In this document: piece after piece, positions 19,666 to 29,223 of the stretch
Layout of the letters: each line of letters starts with the position of its first letter
Position numbering within the stretch: position 1 is the first letter of the stretch
Virus record (IMG/VR): IMGVR_UViG_3300025296_000020
Location: 1 to 50,390 of that record
Source of the DNA: a virus
Lineage: Duplodnaviria > Caudoviricetes
DNA: 50,390 nt
Strand: one strand, 5' to 3'
The notes under the pieces: generated by a model
Told to the model about the DNA's origin: nothing
What the model saw: only the letters and a program-made list of their open reading frames with translations
The model's database searches: none
Program-made: the position numbers and the translations under genes

Positions 19666-19977
19666 ATGGAGCTTACAACTTCTAATCTCATATCTATCGC
19701 AGCGATGGTGGCGGCTATAATAGGATCGGCGGCTGTAGCTAAGTACAAGATCAATGGGTTGCTGGAGAGGGTGGAGTCTTTAATAAAAAGCAAGACCGAG
19801 ATGGATGGTCGTCTGGATTTAATAGAGCAGTCCAATGGATTGTTTAAGCACAGGCTGGATATAGTGAGCAGCATCCTCAGTCCTGAGAAGCTGGAGAAGG
19901 ATACCAGAGAACTAGCTACCATCAGAAGCGAGATGGATCATCTGAAGAAGGTAGTTGCAAAGGCAAACAAGACGTAG
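19666..19977 (+). CDS. Membrane-anchored coiled-coil protein
   Basis: N-terminal TM segment followed by heptad-like region. Confidence 0.6.
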   Translation: MELTTSNLISIAAMVAAIIGSAAVAKYKINGLLERVESLIKSKTEMDGRLDLIEQSNGLFKHRLDIVSSILSPEKLEKDTRELATIRSEMDHLKKVVAKANKT

Positions 19978-19995
19978 AGAAAGGCACGGTGAGTT

Positions 19996-20562
19996 ATGTG
20001 GGCATTAGTTAAGGCAGATCAGGTCATACGAATAATTAACGGACCCAAGGCCGTGACCATTGAGGATGTGAATCATCCGGCGACGATCTTTCGGTCCTGG
20101 ACGGCGGAAGAATTAAAGGCAATTGGGATTTACCCCTACTCTGAGCAATCCACCGACACTGCGTTTTATAAATACAGCAATTCCAGCTACGAGATTGGAG
20201 CGGATGCCGTGAAGCAGGTCTGGGGCAACGAAACGGCCAAGGACATGGATGATGTTACTATCGATGATGTCACCACACTTGGACTGAAAAGTATCTGGGT
20301 TAATTCCACCAAGTCCTCTTCTCATTCCAGGCTTTCTTCTACCGATTGGTATGTCACTCGTTTGTCAGAGGAAACCACCGCTGTTCCTTCGGACGTTTCG
20401 ACGTATCGCGATGCGGTACGGGCGGCTTGTAACACAATTGAGACTGCTATTAATGCTTGTGCCGACGTGGATGCGCTCAAAGCCATGTTTGTAACCCCCG
20501 TGGATGGTGATGGTAAAGCTACGGGAAATGCTCCCATGTACGATTGGCCGGATGAACTCTAA
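19996..20562 (+). CDS. Putative tail fibre assembly chaperone
   Basis: WTAEELKAIGIY, LSSTDWYVTR...YRDAVR, C-terminal DWPDEL. Confidence 0.7.
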   Translation: MWALVKADQVIRIINGPKAVTIEDVNHPATIFRSWTAEELKAIGIYPYSEQSTDTAFYKYSNSSYEIGADAVKQVWGNETAKDMDDVTIDDVTTLGLKSIWVNSTKSSSHSRLSSTDWYVTRLSEETTAVPSDVSTYRDAVRAACNTIETAINACADVDALKAMFVTPVDGDGKATGNAPMYDWPDEL

Positions 20563-20727
20563 ATGAGCGAATCGACGGATTTAGAAATGCACGTGACCCT
20601 GTGTGAGGAGCGGTATCGTCACATATCCTCTCGTTTGAAGAGGTTGGAACACGTGATGATGAGCGGTACGGCTCTTCTGCTGGGAGCGATGGGAACGATA
20701 ATCGCTTTACTGGTAACCAAGGTCTAA
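20563..20727 (+). CDS. 54-aa membrane protein (HVTLCEERY motif, C-terminal TM)
   Basis: ATG 20563 to TAA 20727, coupled to both neighbours; translated by hand; not in the ORF track. Confidence 0.65.
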   Translation: MSESTDLEMHVTLCEERYRHISSRLKRLEHVMMSGTALLLGAMGTIIALLVTKV

Positions 20728-22988
20728 TGCCCCTCACCAAAGTCACTTTCCGTCCAGGCATCAATAGAGAGTCCACCTCCTATGCAGCGGAAAACGGCTG
20801 GTTTGATTCCAATCTAATCCGCTTTCGCAAGGGACGCCCTGAAAAGATGGGCGGCTGGGTCAAGCTCAGTTCCAACACCATCATTGGTACGGGACGATCC
20901 ATGCACGTGTGGGCTGCGTTGGATGGTTCCAAGTACATGGGTCTTGGAACGGAATCCAAGTTCTACATCGAAGAGGGCGGTCTATATAACGATGTTACGC
21001 CTCTTCGGACCTCCGTCACTCTGGGGGCCAACCCCATTACGACAGGAAGCGTAGCCAGCGGCGTGGTTACGATCACTGCTCCAGGACATGGCGCGAGAAC
21101 CGGGGATTATGTAACGTTTTCAGGGGCGACCACGACAGACGGCATAACGGCTGCTCAATTAAACAAAGAGTTCCAGCTGACCCTGGTAAACGAAAACAGC
21201 TACACCGTCAGTACAGCCGGGAGCGCCTCTTCCGGCAGCGTGGCCGGTGGTGGATCTGCCGTGGTTGCGGCTTACCAGATCAGAATTGGTTTGACGATAG
21301 CGGTAGCCGGTACAGGCTGGGGCGCAGGGTTGTGGGGAGGCGTTGTCGAACCCTTTTCGGAAACCACGCTTAATGGTCTGATCAGCGATTCAGCGACCTC
21401 CATCATTTTAACTTCCGCCACGGACTTTGAAACGGCATCCACGACTATTAGCGCCAATCTAACGGATGTAAGCACATCTATACCTCTGGTTGATTCATCG
21501 TCTTATCCCGACAAGGGAACCGTATTGATCAACAGTGAGAAAATTCGATACGGAAACAATGTTTCAAACACGTTGAGCGACTTAGTGCGTGGTACTGACG
21601 GCACGACAGCTGCTGCTCATACGAGTAGTGATGCGGCTACTTTTGTCGGTTTGATCCAGATCGAAAACGAACTGATTCAATACACCGGCAAAAGCACAAA
21701 CACGTTGGATGCTGGGGTGGTGCGAGGAGTACGGGGAACAAGTGCCGCCGGTCATGCGGACGGCACGGCGGTCAAGGAAGCAAACGATTTCATAGGATGG
21801 GGCCAGGGAACAACTCCCCCATTGAGCGTCAGGCTATGGACGCAGGACAACTGGGGAGAAGACTTAGCTTTTAATGCTTATGACGGTACGCCCTATTATT
21901 GGGACAAAACGTTAGGACTGAATGCCAGGGCCACGTCCTTCGCTTCTCAAACGGGAGCTTCGGATGCACCTACCGTCACACGCCGTCTTATGATGTCGGG
22001 AGCCGACAGGCATATGGTCGCGTTTGCATGTAACGAATTAGGAGAAACAACGCAGGATTTGCTCTTGGTGCGGTGGTCCGACCAGGAAGCTCCTTTTGAT
22101 TGGACCCCAACTTCGACCAACACATCCGGAAGCACTCGCATTTCCAGTGGGTCAGAGATCCTATCGGCTCAAAAAACCAGACAGGAAATCTTAATCTGGA
22201 CGGACGCATCCCTCCATTCCATGCGGTTTACCGGTCCTCCGTTTACTTTCCAGTTCAGTCTGTTGTCCAACAACATTTCCATCATTGGACCCAACGCCGT
22301 TGTAACGATTGCCGACAAGATATTCTGGATGGATACGGAGAATTTCTTCGTTTATTCAGGGCGGGTACAGGTGGTCCCCTGCACGGTGGTGCGTTACGTA
22401 TTTGACGATATCAACCTGGACCAGAGCTTTAAGTTTTTTGCAGCCTCCAATCGGTTGTTTGACGAGGTGTTTTTCTTCTACGTCTCTTCAGGCGCTACAG
22501 AGATAGACCGCTACGCTAAATTCAACTACACGGAAAATACCTGGGATATCGGCACCTTGGCCCGTACTGCCTGGGTGGACTTCAGTCTTCACAACAATCC
22601 TCGCGCTTCCGGGTCAGCGAGTGACGTTGAGTACGTGTACGTGCAGGAGAGCGGTCAGAACGCGGACGGTACGGCGATGGTGTCGTTTATCGAATCCGGC
22701 GATTTTGATCTGGCGGATGGGAACAATTTCCTGTTCGTAAGCAAGATCATTCCGGATATCGCTTTATCGGGTACAGCGGCCAGTGTGGACTACGTGTTGA
22801 AAACACGGGACTATCCCAGCGATGCTCTGGTAACCGAGGCTACTGCGACGGTCACGTCCAGTACCCAGAAATCGGATGTACGCTGTCGTGGGCGCACGGC
22901 CATTTTGCGCCTGGACAACCCAGCCCTCAATACGGCGTGGACGCTGGGCGACACGCGGCTTGAAATCCGGCAGGACGGAAGACGCTAA
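20727..22988 (+). CDS. Tail nozzle / DNA-stabilisation protein (P22 gp10-like)
   Basis: 753 aa; FRPGINRE...RFRKGRPEKMGGW, LLVRWSDQE, ESGDFDL, C-terminal QDGRR. Confidence 0.7.
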   Translation: MPLTKVTFRPGINRESTSYAAENGWFDSNLIRFRKGRPEKMGGWVKLSSNTIIGTGRSMHVWAALDGSKYMGLGTESKFYIEEGGLYNDVTPLRTSVTLGANPITTGSVASGVVTITAPGHGARTGDYVTFSGATTTDGITAAQLNKEFQLTLVNENSYTVSTAGSASSGSVAGGGSAVVAAYQIRIGLTIAVAGTGWGAGLWGGVVEPFSETTLNGLISDSATSIILTSATDFETASTTISANLTDVSTSIPLVDSSSYPDKGTVLINSEKIRYGNNVSNTLSDLVRGTDGTTAAAHTSSDAATFVGLIQIENELIQYTGKSTNTLDAGVVRGVRGTSAAGHADGTAVKEANDFIGWGQGTTPPLSVRLWTQDNWGEDLAFNAYDGTPYYWDKTLGLNARATSFASQTGASDAPTVTRRLMMSGADRHMVAFACNELGETTQDLLLVRWSDQEAPFDWTPTSTNTSGSTRISSGSEILSAQKTRQEILIWTDASLHSMRFTGPPFTFQFSLLSNNISIIGPNAVVTIADKIFWMDTENFFVYSGRVQVVPCTVVRYVFDDINLDQSFKFFAASNRLFDEVFFFYVSSGATEIDRYAKFNYTENTWDIGTLARTAWVDFSLHNNPRASGSASDVEYVYVQESGQNADGTAMVSFIESGDFDLADGNNFLFVSKIIPDIALSGTAASVDYVLKTRDYPSDALVTEATATVTSSTQKSDVRCRGRTAILRLDNPALNTAWTLGDTRLEIRQDGRR

Positions 22989-23155
22989 TGGTTCAACTGC
23001 TTGATCATAGTATGCCTTTAGTTCCAGATACTTACAACGTGGAGGATTTCAACCGCATCATGCGGGATCTGGAAATGGCGTTGACCAAAATAGATTTCCC
23101 TGCGGTGGTGAGCGGAGAGGACGACACCCACGGGTTCACGTGGTTTATGATGTGA
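22988..23155 (+). CDS. 55-aa protein after the nozzle gene
   Basis: TAATG-coupled start, MVQLLDHSMPLVPDTY...FTWFMM*; not in the ORF track. Confidence 0.6.
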   Translation: MVQLLDHSMPLVPDTYNVEDFNRIMRDLEMALTKIDFPAVVSGEDDTHGFTWFMM

Positions 23156-23195
23156 TGAAAGAGTGGATTAGGAAACTTACCGAAAAACTATTGCG

Positions 23196-23516
23196 ATGGC
23201 TTCTGCGTACAAAAATATAGGTGCTTTGATAGGCGATACGGGAGACGTGACGATCTACACGTGTCCCACGGCTACAGAGGCTATCGTCCAGAATATCCAT
23301 TTGTATAATTCACATAGCGGGACTATAGTCGTTTATACGAAGGTAACGGATAGTTCCGCTTCGGTTACGATCACATTGGATAAGACCAGTATTGGCACCG
23401 ATGCAGACACGTCCCTCGCTGGCCCGTTTGTTCTTGAGGACAGTGATACGCTCCTATTAAATTGCGATGTGGCCTCAAAGATTTACGTCTTTGCAAGCGT
23501 ATTGGAGCTTTCATAA
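23196..23516 (+). CDS. Small beta-rich structural protein
   Basis: MASAYKN...IYTCPTATEAIV...FVLEDSDTL...SVLELS. Confidence 0.65.
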   Translation: MASAYKNIGALIGDTGDVTIYTCPTATEAIVQNIHLYNSHSGTIVVYTKVTDSSASVTITLDKTSIGTDADTSLAGPFVLEDSDTLLLNCDVASKIYVFASVLELS

Positions 23517-25042
23517 TGTTACAGGAAGTGCAGCATCGTCCTGCGACCGGCCTTCAATCTTATATTGACGCCTCTCCTGATTATGAACTGTATCCTGTTG
23601 GCATTGCTTCCATTCAGGATCAAGCCAAGAAGCTTGCCGAATATGGGCGCAACGGAGACATATACATCGTCCATGCGACGGAAGGCGAAACCGTCATCCC
23701 CATGGAGGTGTTGAACGCCAACCCCAAAGTCAAAAGCCTCCTCTTTACCCAGATGAAAGACATGGGCCTTGATCCGTCAGCCTATGTTGTCGGCAACGAA
23801 CTGAATAGCATCAACCCTGTAACCGGGGTTCCGGAATTCTTCTTCAGCAGCATATTCAAGGGCATCAAGAAGGCCGTTAAGTCGGTTCTAAAGTTCGCTA
23901 AGAAGGCTGCGCCCACTATTCTTCCTATTGCCGCCACCCTGTTTGGTATTCCTTTCTTAGGCGCACCTGGTGCTTTGCCTGGTATTTTTGGGGCGGGCAA
24001 AATAGGCGCTACGATGCTGGCCTCTGGGATAGGTTCTCTGGTAGGAGGGAGTAGCTTAAAGGATGCTTTTAAGTCTGCTGCTCTTTCCGGAGGAATTAGC
24101 GCGGGCATTGGTGGCTTGACAGGATTAATGACTGGTAAGGGATTTCTATCCGGTGTCCAGGGGACTTTACCGGGAGGAGCCGCACCACCTACCGCAGGTA
24201 AACAGTGGGACAGGTTGACGGACGTTTTCACAGGAGAAACCCCTGGAGCCTCGTTGAAAGATTTCTTGTTAGCCACGCCTCCGACTCAAGCAAAACTTCC
24301 GCCCCCTGCATATACGTCTAACTGGGATCCAAGTTACGCAGTTATGAGAGGTGAAGTCCCGCCACCGCCACCGCCACCGCCACTGGCACTGGCACCGGCA
24401 CCGGCACCGGCACCAGTAACGCAAACAGCAACCGGAGGAGGAGATTTTATGGACACTGTTTCAGATTGGATGTTTAGAGGGGGACAATCTGAAGCGGCGG
24501 TTGAGGCCGCAAAAACTGCCCGATATGCAGAGGTACTTAAAGCTACTGGTGGTAATAAGGCCCTAGCTACCGAAGCTTATAAGGCTGCGGGACCAGGACC
24601 CTTGGCTAGTTATGGCCCACTGTTAGCGGGGGGAGCGGGAGCGATGGCTTTAGGAGGAGGGTTTGAGGAAGCTAAAGAAGAAGATGTTGTCGAAGGAGAT
24701 CGTCCAGGATTTGTTGAAACTGAAACCGGAGTAGATCTTTTAGCTGAAGACCCGGAACGCTATGTTGTCCAGAACCTCACACCTTATTCTGATGCGTACA
24801 ACCGGCTTCTCGCAGAGCGTCTAGGAGGGGCCGGTGGCGTTGCATATGCAGCACGGGGTGGAGGCGTGAACCACTTCCCACGGCGCACGGGCCATATAAG
24901 AGGTCCCGGTACGCCCACTTCCGACGACGTTCCCGCCATGCTTTCAGACGGCGAATTCGTTATGACCAAGCGAGCGGTGGACGGCGCAGGTGGTCCCAAC
25001 AACATGTACAAGATGATGCGTAATTTTGAAATGAAGACGTAG
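23516..25042 (+). CDS. Putative ejection/internal virion protein
   Basis: Start moved to the TAATG-coupled ATG; GRNGDIYIVH, INPVTGVPEFF, Gly-rich hydrophobic segments, C-terminal GPGTPTSDDVPAMLSDGEFVM. Confidence 0.65.
   Translation: MLQEVQHRPATGLQSYIDASPDYELYPVGIASIQDQAKKLAEYGRNGDIYIVHATEGETVIPMEVLNANPKVKSLLFTQMKDMGLDPSAYVVGNELNSINPVTGVPEFFFSSIFKGIKKAVKSVLKFAKKAAPTILPIAATLFGIPFLGAPGALPGIFGAGKIGATMLASGIGSLVGGSSLKDAFKSAALSGGISAGIGGLTGLMTGKGFLSGVQGTLPGGAAPPTAGKQWDRLTDVFTGETPGASLKDFLLATPPTQAKLPPPAYTSNWDPSYAVMRGEVPPPPPPPPLALAPAPAPAPVTQTATGGGDFMDTVSDWMFRGGQSEAAVEAAKTARYAEVLKATGGNKALATEAYKAAGPGPLASYGPLLAGGAGAMALGGGFEEAKEEDVVEGDRPGFVETETGVDLLAEDPERYVVQNLTPYSDAYNRLLAERLGGAGGVAYAARGGGVNHFPRRTGHIRGPGTPTSDDVPAMLSDGEFVMTKRAVDGAGGPNNMYKMMRNFEMKT
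24358..24415 (+). repeat. In-frame hexamer microsatellite (CCGCCA)n-(CTGGCA)2-(CCGGCA)n encoding PPPPPPPPPLALAPAPAPAP
   Basis: Directly visible tandem 6-mers. Confidence 0.85.
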
Positions 25043-25044
25043 CC

Positions 25045-26007
25045 ATGCCCGAAACGACAATCTCAGAACAAGTAATACGCGAAGCCCCTGAAATAGAGGC
25101 TTTGAAACTTGGCTTGATGGAATCGGGCAAGACGCTCGCGGACATTCCTCTTACTCTTCCCACACAGCAAATCGCCGGTCTTGATCCTCTCTATGATGTA
25201 GCCAGAACCCGCGCCCAGGCCCCATCAGGAATTGGCGGTTATCAGGATTATCTGACGACGGGTTTCGGCACGTTGGGAACCGGTCTTGGTGCTTTAGATC
25301 CTGCACGTGCAGCCGCACAAGCGAGTACCGGCCTGTTTCAGCCTTCGGACCTTTCTCCTTACACCAACCCCTTCCAGCAGCAGGTAATTGAACAGACCCT
25401 GGCAGAGCTAGATCGTCAGGGGCAAATTCAGCAAAACCAACTCGCCGCACAAGGCGTGGGAGCCGGGGCATTCGGCGGAAGCCGCTTTGGCGTAGCGGAA
25501 GCGGAACTAGGGGGACGGCAACAAGAAGCGAGAGCCAGGATACTGGCGGATTTGAACGCTCAAAATTATGCCCAAGCTCTGCAATCGTCTCAGACAGCTT
25601 TTGAAAATCAGCAAGCGCGGCAACAGCAAGCGTCCCAACTTTTCACCGGCATTGGTGGACTAGCCGCTGGCATTGGCGGACAACAGCTGGGCGCGGCGGA
25701 ACTCGCGCAACGAACCGGTTTAGGGGACATCGACGCCTTACGTCTGCTGGGAACAGAAGCACGTGGCGTCGAACAAGAGCGGCTGGGGGCCGATTACGCC
25801 AACCAGCTGCGCCAACTCATGGAACCCCAAAGCCGGGTAGCGTTCCTGTCCGACATTTATCGTGGCGCACCGTCTAGCCAGACTATCCTTGGCTCGCAGG
25901 TTTCGCCAACTGCTCCGCAACCCAGTACCTTCCAGCAACTTGGCGGCTTGGGCGTAGGACTTTTGGGAACGGCAGCGGCAGCTAAACAGGTTGGAGGACT
26001 CTTCTAG
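25045..26007 (+). CDS. Putative DNA ejection/pilot protein
   Basis: YTNPFQQQVI, GAGAFGGSR, Gln-rich helices, Gly-rich hydrophobic C-terminus. Confidence 0.65.
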   Translation: MPETTISEQVIREAPEIEALKLGLMESGKTLADIPLTLPTQQIAGLDPLYDVARTRAQAPSGIGGYQDYLTTGFGTLGTGLGALDPARAAAQASTGLFQPSDLSPYTNPFQQQVIEQTLAELDRQGQIQQNQLAAQGVGAGAFGGSRFGVAEAELGGRQQEARARILADLNAQNYAQALQSSQTAFENQQARQQQASQLFTGIGGLAAGIGGQQLGAAELAQRTGLGDIDALRLLGTEARGVEQERLGADYANQLRQLMEPQSRVAFLSDIYRGAPSSQTILGSQVSPTAPQPSTFQQLGGLGVGLLGTAAAAKQVGGLF

Positions 26008-26690
26008 TGACCGGAAACGTCTATAACAGGCCCATGTTTCGTATGGCGAACGGTGGGATGGCACCCTCTCTTCCACCGGAAATGGTTATGGGGGGTCCTC
26101 CAATGCCTCCGGGCGGTATGCCGCCTATGGGACCCCAGCAACTTCCTCCGGAAGTCATGCAAGCGGCATCTCAAGCGGTGTCTGAAGGCACCAACGAAAT
26201 GCTGATGGAAGGCATCCAGCAAACCGCCGAAGCGGAAGCCGGTCAAAGCATGAGCCAGATAGACGCCGCCGAAGGCTACGACGAATTGATGAACATCGTC
26301 TGGGACGACAACCTTGGAATTGAAGACTACCGGACGAAGCTTGCACAGGTGGTTGGACGAGACGACGCTGACCGTACCCCTGATTCGGTCTTGGCGCTCG
26401 TCCAGCCTACCCTGGCTCTCGCACAACTGGACCAAGGCATTGGCGCGTTGATGCAAAAGGAGCTTGCCGAAGTCGGTATGGAAGAAGATATGGGCGGCGG
26501 CATAATGAATGTTGGTGCCAAAGCAGCAGTGGCCGACAACATGGCCCTGGAAACCGGCGCGATGGTCGATGCCATTGGCGGCATAGCCAATCCTCAAGGC
26601 GGCGGTATGGAAGAAATCGCCATGGCCGAAGTGGAAGAAACGCCACGCGGCATGGAAGAAATAATGATGGAAGCCGTAGGACAGGTCTAG
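26007..26690 (+). CDS. Acidic Met/Pro-rich putative internal virion protein
   Basis: YNRPMFRMANGG start, DADRTPDSVLALVQP motif. Confidence 0.6.
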   Translation: MTGNVYNRPMFRMANGGMAPSLPPEMVMGGPPMPPGGMPPMGPQQLPPEVMQAASQAVSEGTNEMLMEGIQQTAEAEAGQSMSQIDAAEGYDELMNIVWDDNLGIEDYRTKLAQVVGRDDADRTPDSVLALVQPTLALAQLDQGIGALMQKELAEVGMEEDMGGGIMNVGAKAAVADNMALETGAMVDAIGGIANPQGGGMEEIAMAEVEETPRGMEEIMMEAVGQV

Positions 26691-26694
26691 TTTT

Positions 26695-29223
26695 ATGGGT
26701 CACCGTATCAACCCTATCAGTGCTTCTTCTCCTGCGCCCACGATGTCGTCTCGTCTTTCAACGTTAAAACAAGATGTACCGGACATTCTTTCTATTTTAG
26801 AAGCATCCCGCGTGGGTGGTCCGCTTACCGCTAAAGAATTAGCAGCGGCTCGCACTCAACGCGCTCAATTAGCTGGTCTTCCCGGCATGGAACCTACCGA
26901 CTATGCCAAATATTTAGCGCAAACCCAGGAAACGAGTAAGCTTCAATTAGCCCTGGCTATGGCACAAGCAGGGTTTACAGCAGCAGGAACCCCGCCACGC
27001 GAAGGCGAATGGGCGTTGACGACGCTAGGACGCGGCTTGGCTCCCTTGGCTCCTCAAGTTGGAGAAGTTGCAGCTAATCTTCAAAAGCAGAAGATGGCCT
27101 TGGAACTCGCTAAAAAAGCAGAAGAAAAAGAAGTAACGCTTGCAGCGTACAGCGATATTTTAGCCGGTAAAAGAACTAGAGAAGGCCATGCCATGGACCT
27201 TGTCAAAGCCGAATTGGCAAGGAAAGCACAAGCGGGTTCAATTGTAAAAGTAGACGATATTGTTAGTTATGACTCGAAGACGAAGAAGTACGGAAAACCT
27301 CTTGTTAGCTTTTTCCATAAAGGAGACCAACAGCTAAGGGATGTAGGCGGTCGGGATTTGTATCTGAGAGACGTAAAAGATGCTGACGGCAACATTATTC
27401 ATCATCAAAATGCCGCTCCCGCTTTGGATACGGAGGGCTTAAAAGAAACCCTGCAAACCCAAGATTATAAGTTGTATCACACTAGAGGATCAGACGAAGG
27501 TTCTGTTTATAAAGTAGGCGGAGTAACCCCACTTTATAAAGTTATTAATAAAGGAGATGATATAGGCAAGTTCCGGGAGGTTGGTGCAGGGACTATACTT
27601 TCATCAAAAGAGTTAGCAGATAAGGGTCTGGAAGCGAGAAAGGTTACGGACACAACAGGTAAGGCTACAGGGGCGAAACTAGAAGAAGAAAAAGCAGCAG
27701 AAAGATATAATAATTTTATACGGAACCTTCCATTTCTCTTCGACAAACATCAATACAAAAGTGTAGCTGGCTTACGTATTAATCCCCGTATACATCCAGC
27801 AAGTCCAGGGCTTAAATATTTTGATATAATAGAACAAGAAGGGCCACGGGAGGGTAAGCCAAGAGAACTAACCAACAACGAACGTAAGGTCATAGATGCT
27901 AATCTTAGATCTACCCTGCGTCTCTCTGAGATAACCATTAAAGCCGGCAAAGACTACGCTGCATTAGCGCCTCAGTACGCTAAAATTTTTGCTGACAAAA
28001 CGTTATCAGACTTTGGAATTGGTCTTCCTGAAGCAAAACGTGTTACTTCTTATAACGCGCAATTATCACAATTAAACAAGGGTGAACAAGTGTTCACTGA
28101 CGAAGGTGCGGATATAAAAGAGGTGCCTCCTGCTGCTTTTATACCCAAGAATTGGACTCCTCGCAGTCAGGAAATGTTGAACAGCATTCGTGGAAGAGCA
28201 GCTTTAAGCGTCAATCTAGTCCGAGATCTTTTTGATAAAAATTCAATGAACCCTGAGTCGTGGGACAGACCTGCGTCTGGTCAAAAATTGGAAGGTTTTA
28301 ATTCCAACATTGTTCAACAACGTTTGGATTTGGAGGCCGCTGTTGCTGATCGAAGTATACATATTGATATAGGACAGTTTCCTAGTCCTGGGATGCAGTT
28401 AGGGAAAATACAAGATCGAAAAGCTGAAATACAAGCTGCGCGACGGAAGAGGCAAGACGATCCGAAGAGTCAAAAATTTGCCTCAGAGTTAGCGACAAAA
28501 TTACAAACTCTACGTATGTTAAAGGACTTCACTAAAACTGCTGTTGAAAGTGGTGCTTTAGGTTTTGTAACCGGGCCACTATCGAAATTTGCCGTAACGT
28601 CAATTCCTTTTTCGGAGTACGTTGAATCTTTGTCAACGGAAGAGTCGAGGAAGATGTTTGCTCAGTTAAATTACTTTGATAACATTCTCGGTCGCCAACT
28701 TGCTAAAGCTGCTGGAGAACAGCGTATTACAGAGCAAGACCTTAAAGGTATGAAGACACTCACACCAACAGCTGGGAAACCAGAATCATTTACGGCTGCT
28801 AAAATAAGATTATTAATGGACCATTTACAGAGAAATATTCAAAATGACTTACAGAGCTTAGGTTCTTTTGAATTTTCCGATGAAAATCTCCGGCTTGCCG
28901 TGGAGCTTGGTGTGAATTTGCCGGGCAAAACAAAGCACAACTATTTTACTCCGTGGGTAGGTCAAACTTATCCGGCGTTTAGGCAAGCACAGCCCCAATA
29001 CTCTCCGCAAGAAATGGAGCAGGTTCGACAAGAGGGAGTCTTGAAATTTTTTGAAGGCACAAAAACCGGTGCTAAAAAATATCCTGAACCGGTACATGAC
29101 GATGAGGGGAAGTTTCTTCGTAACATATGGGTAAAAAGGAAAGCGTTGCTGGCTGATAAGCCACGACTTAGGAAACTTGTTAAATATTATAAAGACATTC
29201 TTAGGTTTAAGCGACAAAACTGA
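26695..29223 (+). CDS. Large basic hypothetical protein (putative ejection protein)
   Basis: 842-aa ORF within the internal-protein block; no motif recognised. Confidence 0.6.
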   Translation: MGHRINPISASSPAPTMSSRLSTLKQDVPDILSILEASRVGGPLTAKELAAARTQRAQLAGLPGMEPTDYAKYLAQTQETSKLQLALAMAQAGFTAAGTPPREGEWALTTLGRGLAPLAPQVGEVAANLQKQKMALELAKKAEEKEVTLAAYSDILAGKRTREGHAMDLVKAELARKAQAGSIVKVDDIVSYDSKTKKYGKPLVSFFHKGDQQLRDVGGRDLYLRDVKDADGNIIHHQNAAPALDTEGLKETLQTQDYKLYHTRGSDEGSVYKVGGVTPLYKVINKGDDIGKFREVGAGTILSSKELADKGLEARKVTDTTGKATGAKLEEEKAAERYNNFIRNLPFLFDKHQYKSVAGLRINPRIHPASPGLKYFDIIEQEGPREGKPRELTNNERKVIDANLRSTLRLSEITIKAGKDYAALAPQYAKIFADKTLSDFGIGLPEAKRVTSYNAQLSQLNKGEQVFTDEGADIKEVPPAAFIPKNWTPRSQEMLNSIRGRAALSVNLVRDLFDKNSMNPESWDRPASGQKLEGFNSNIVQQRLDLEAAVADRSIHIDIGQFPSPGMQLGKIQDRKAEIQAARRKRQDDPKSQKFASELATKLQTLRMLKDFTKTAVESGALGFVTGPLSKFAVTSIPFSEYVESLSTEESRKMFAQLNYFDNILGRQLAKAAGEQRITEQDLKGMKTLTPTAGKPESFTAAKIRLLMDHLQRNIQNDLQSLGSFEFSDENLRLAVELGVNLPGKTKHNYFTPWVGQTYPAFRQAQPQYSPQEMEQVRQEGVLKFFEGTKTGAKKYPEPVHDDEGKFLRNIWVKRKALLADKPRLRKLVKYYKDILRFKRQN

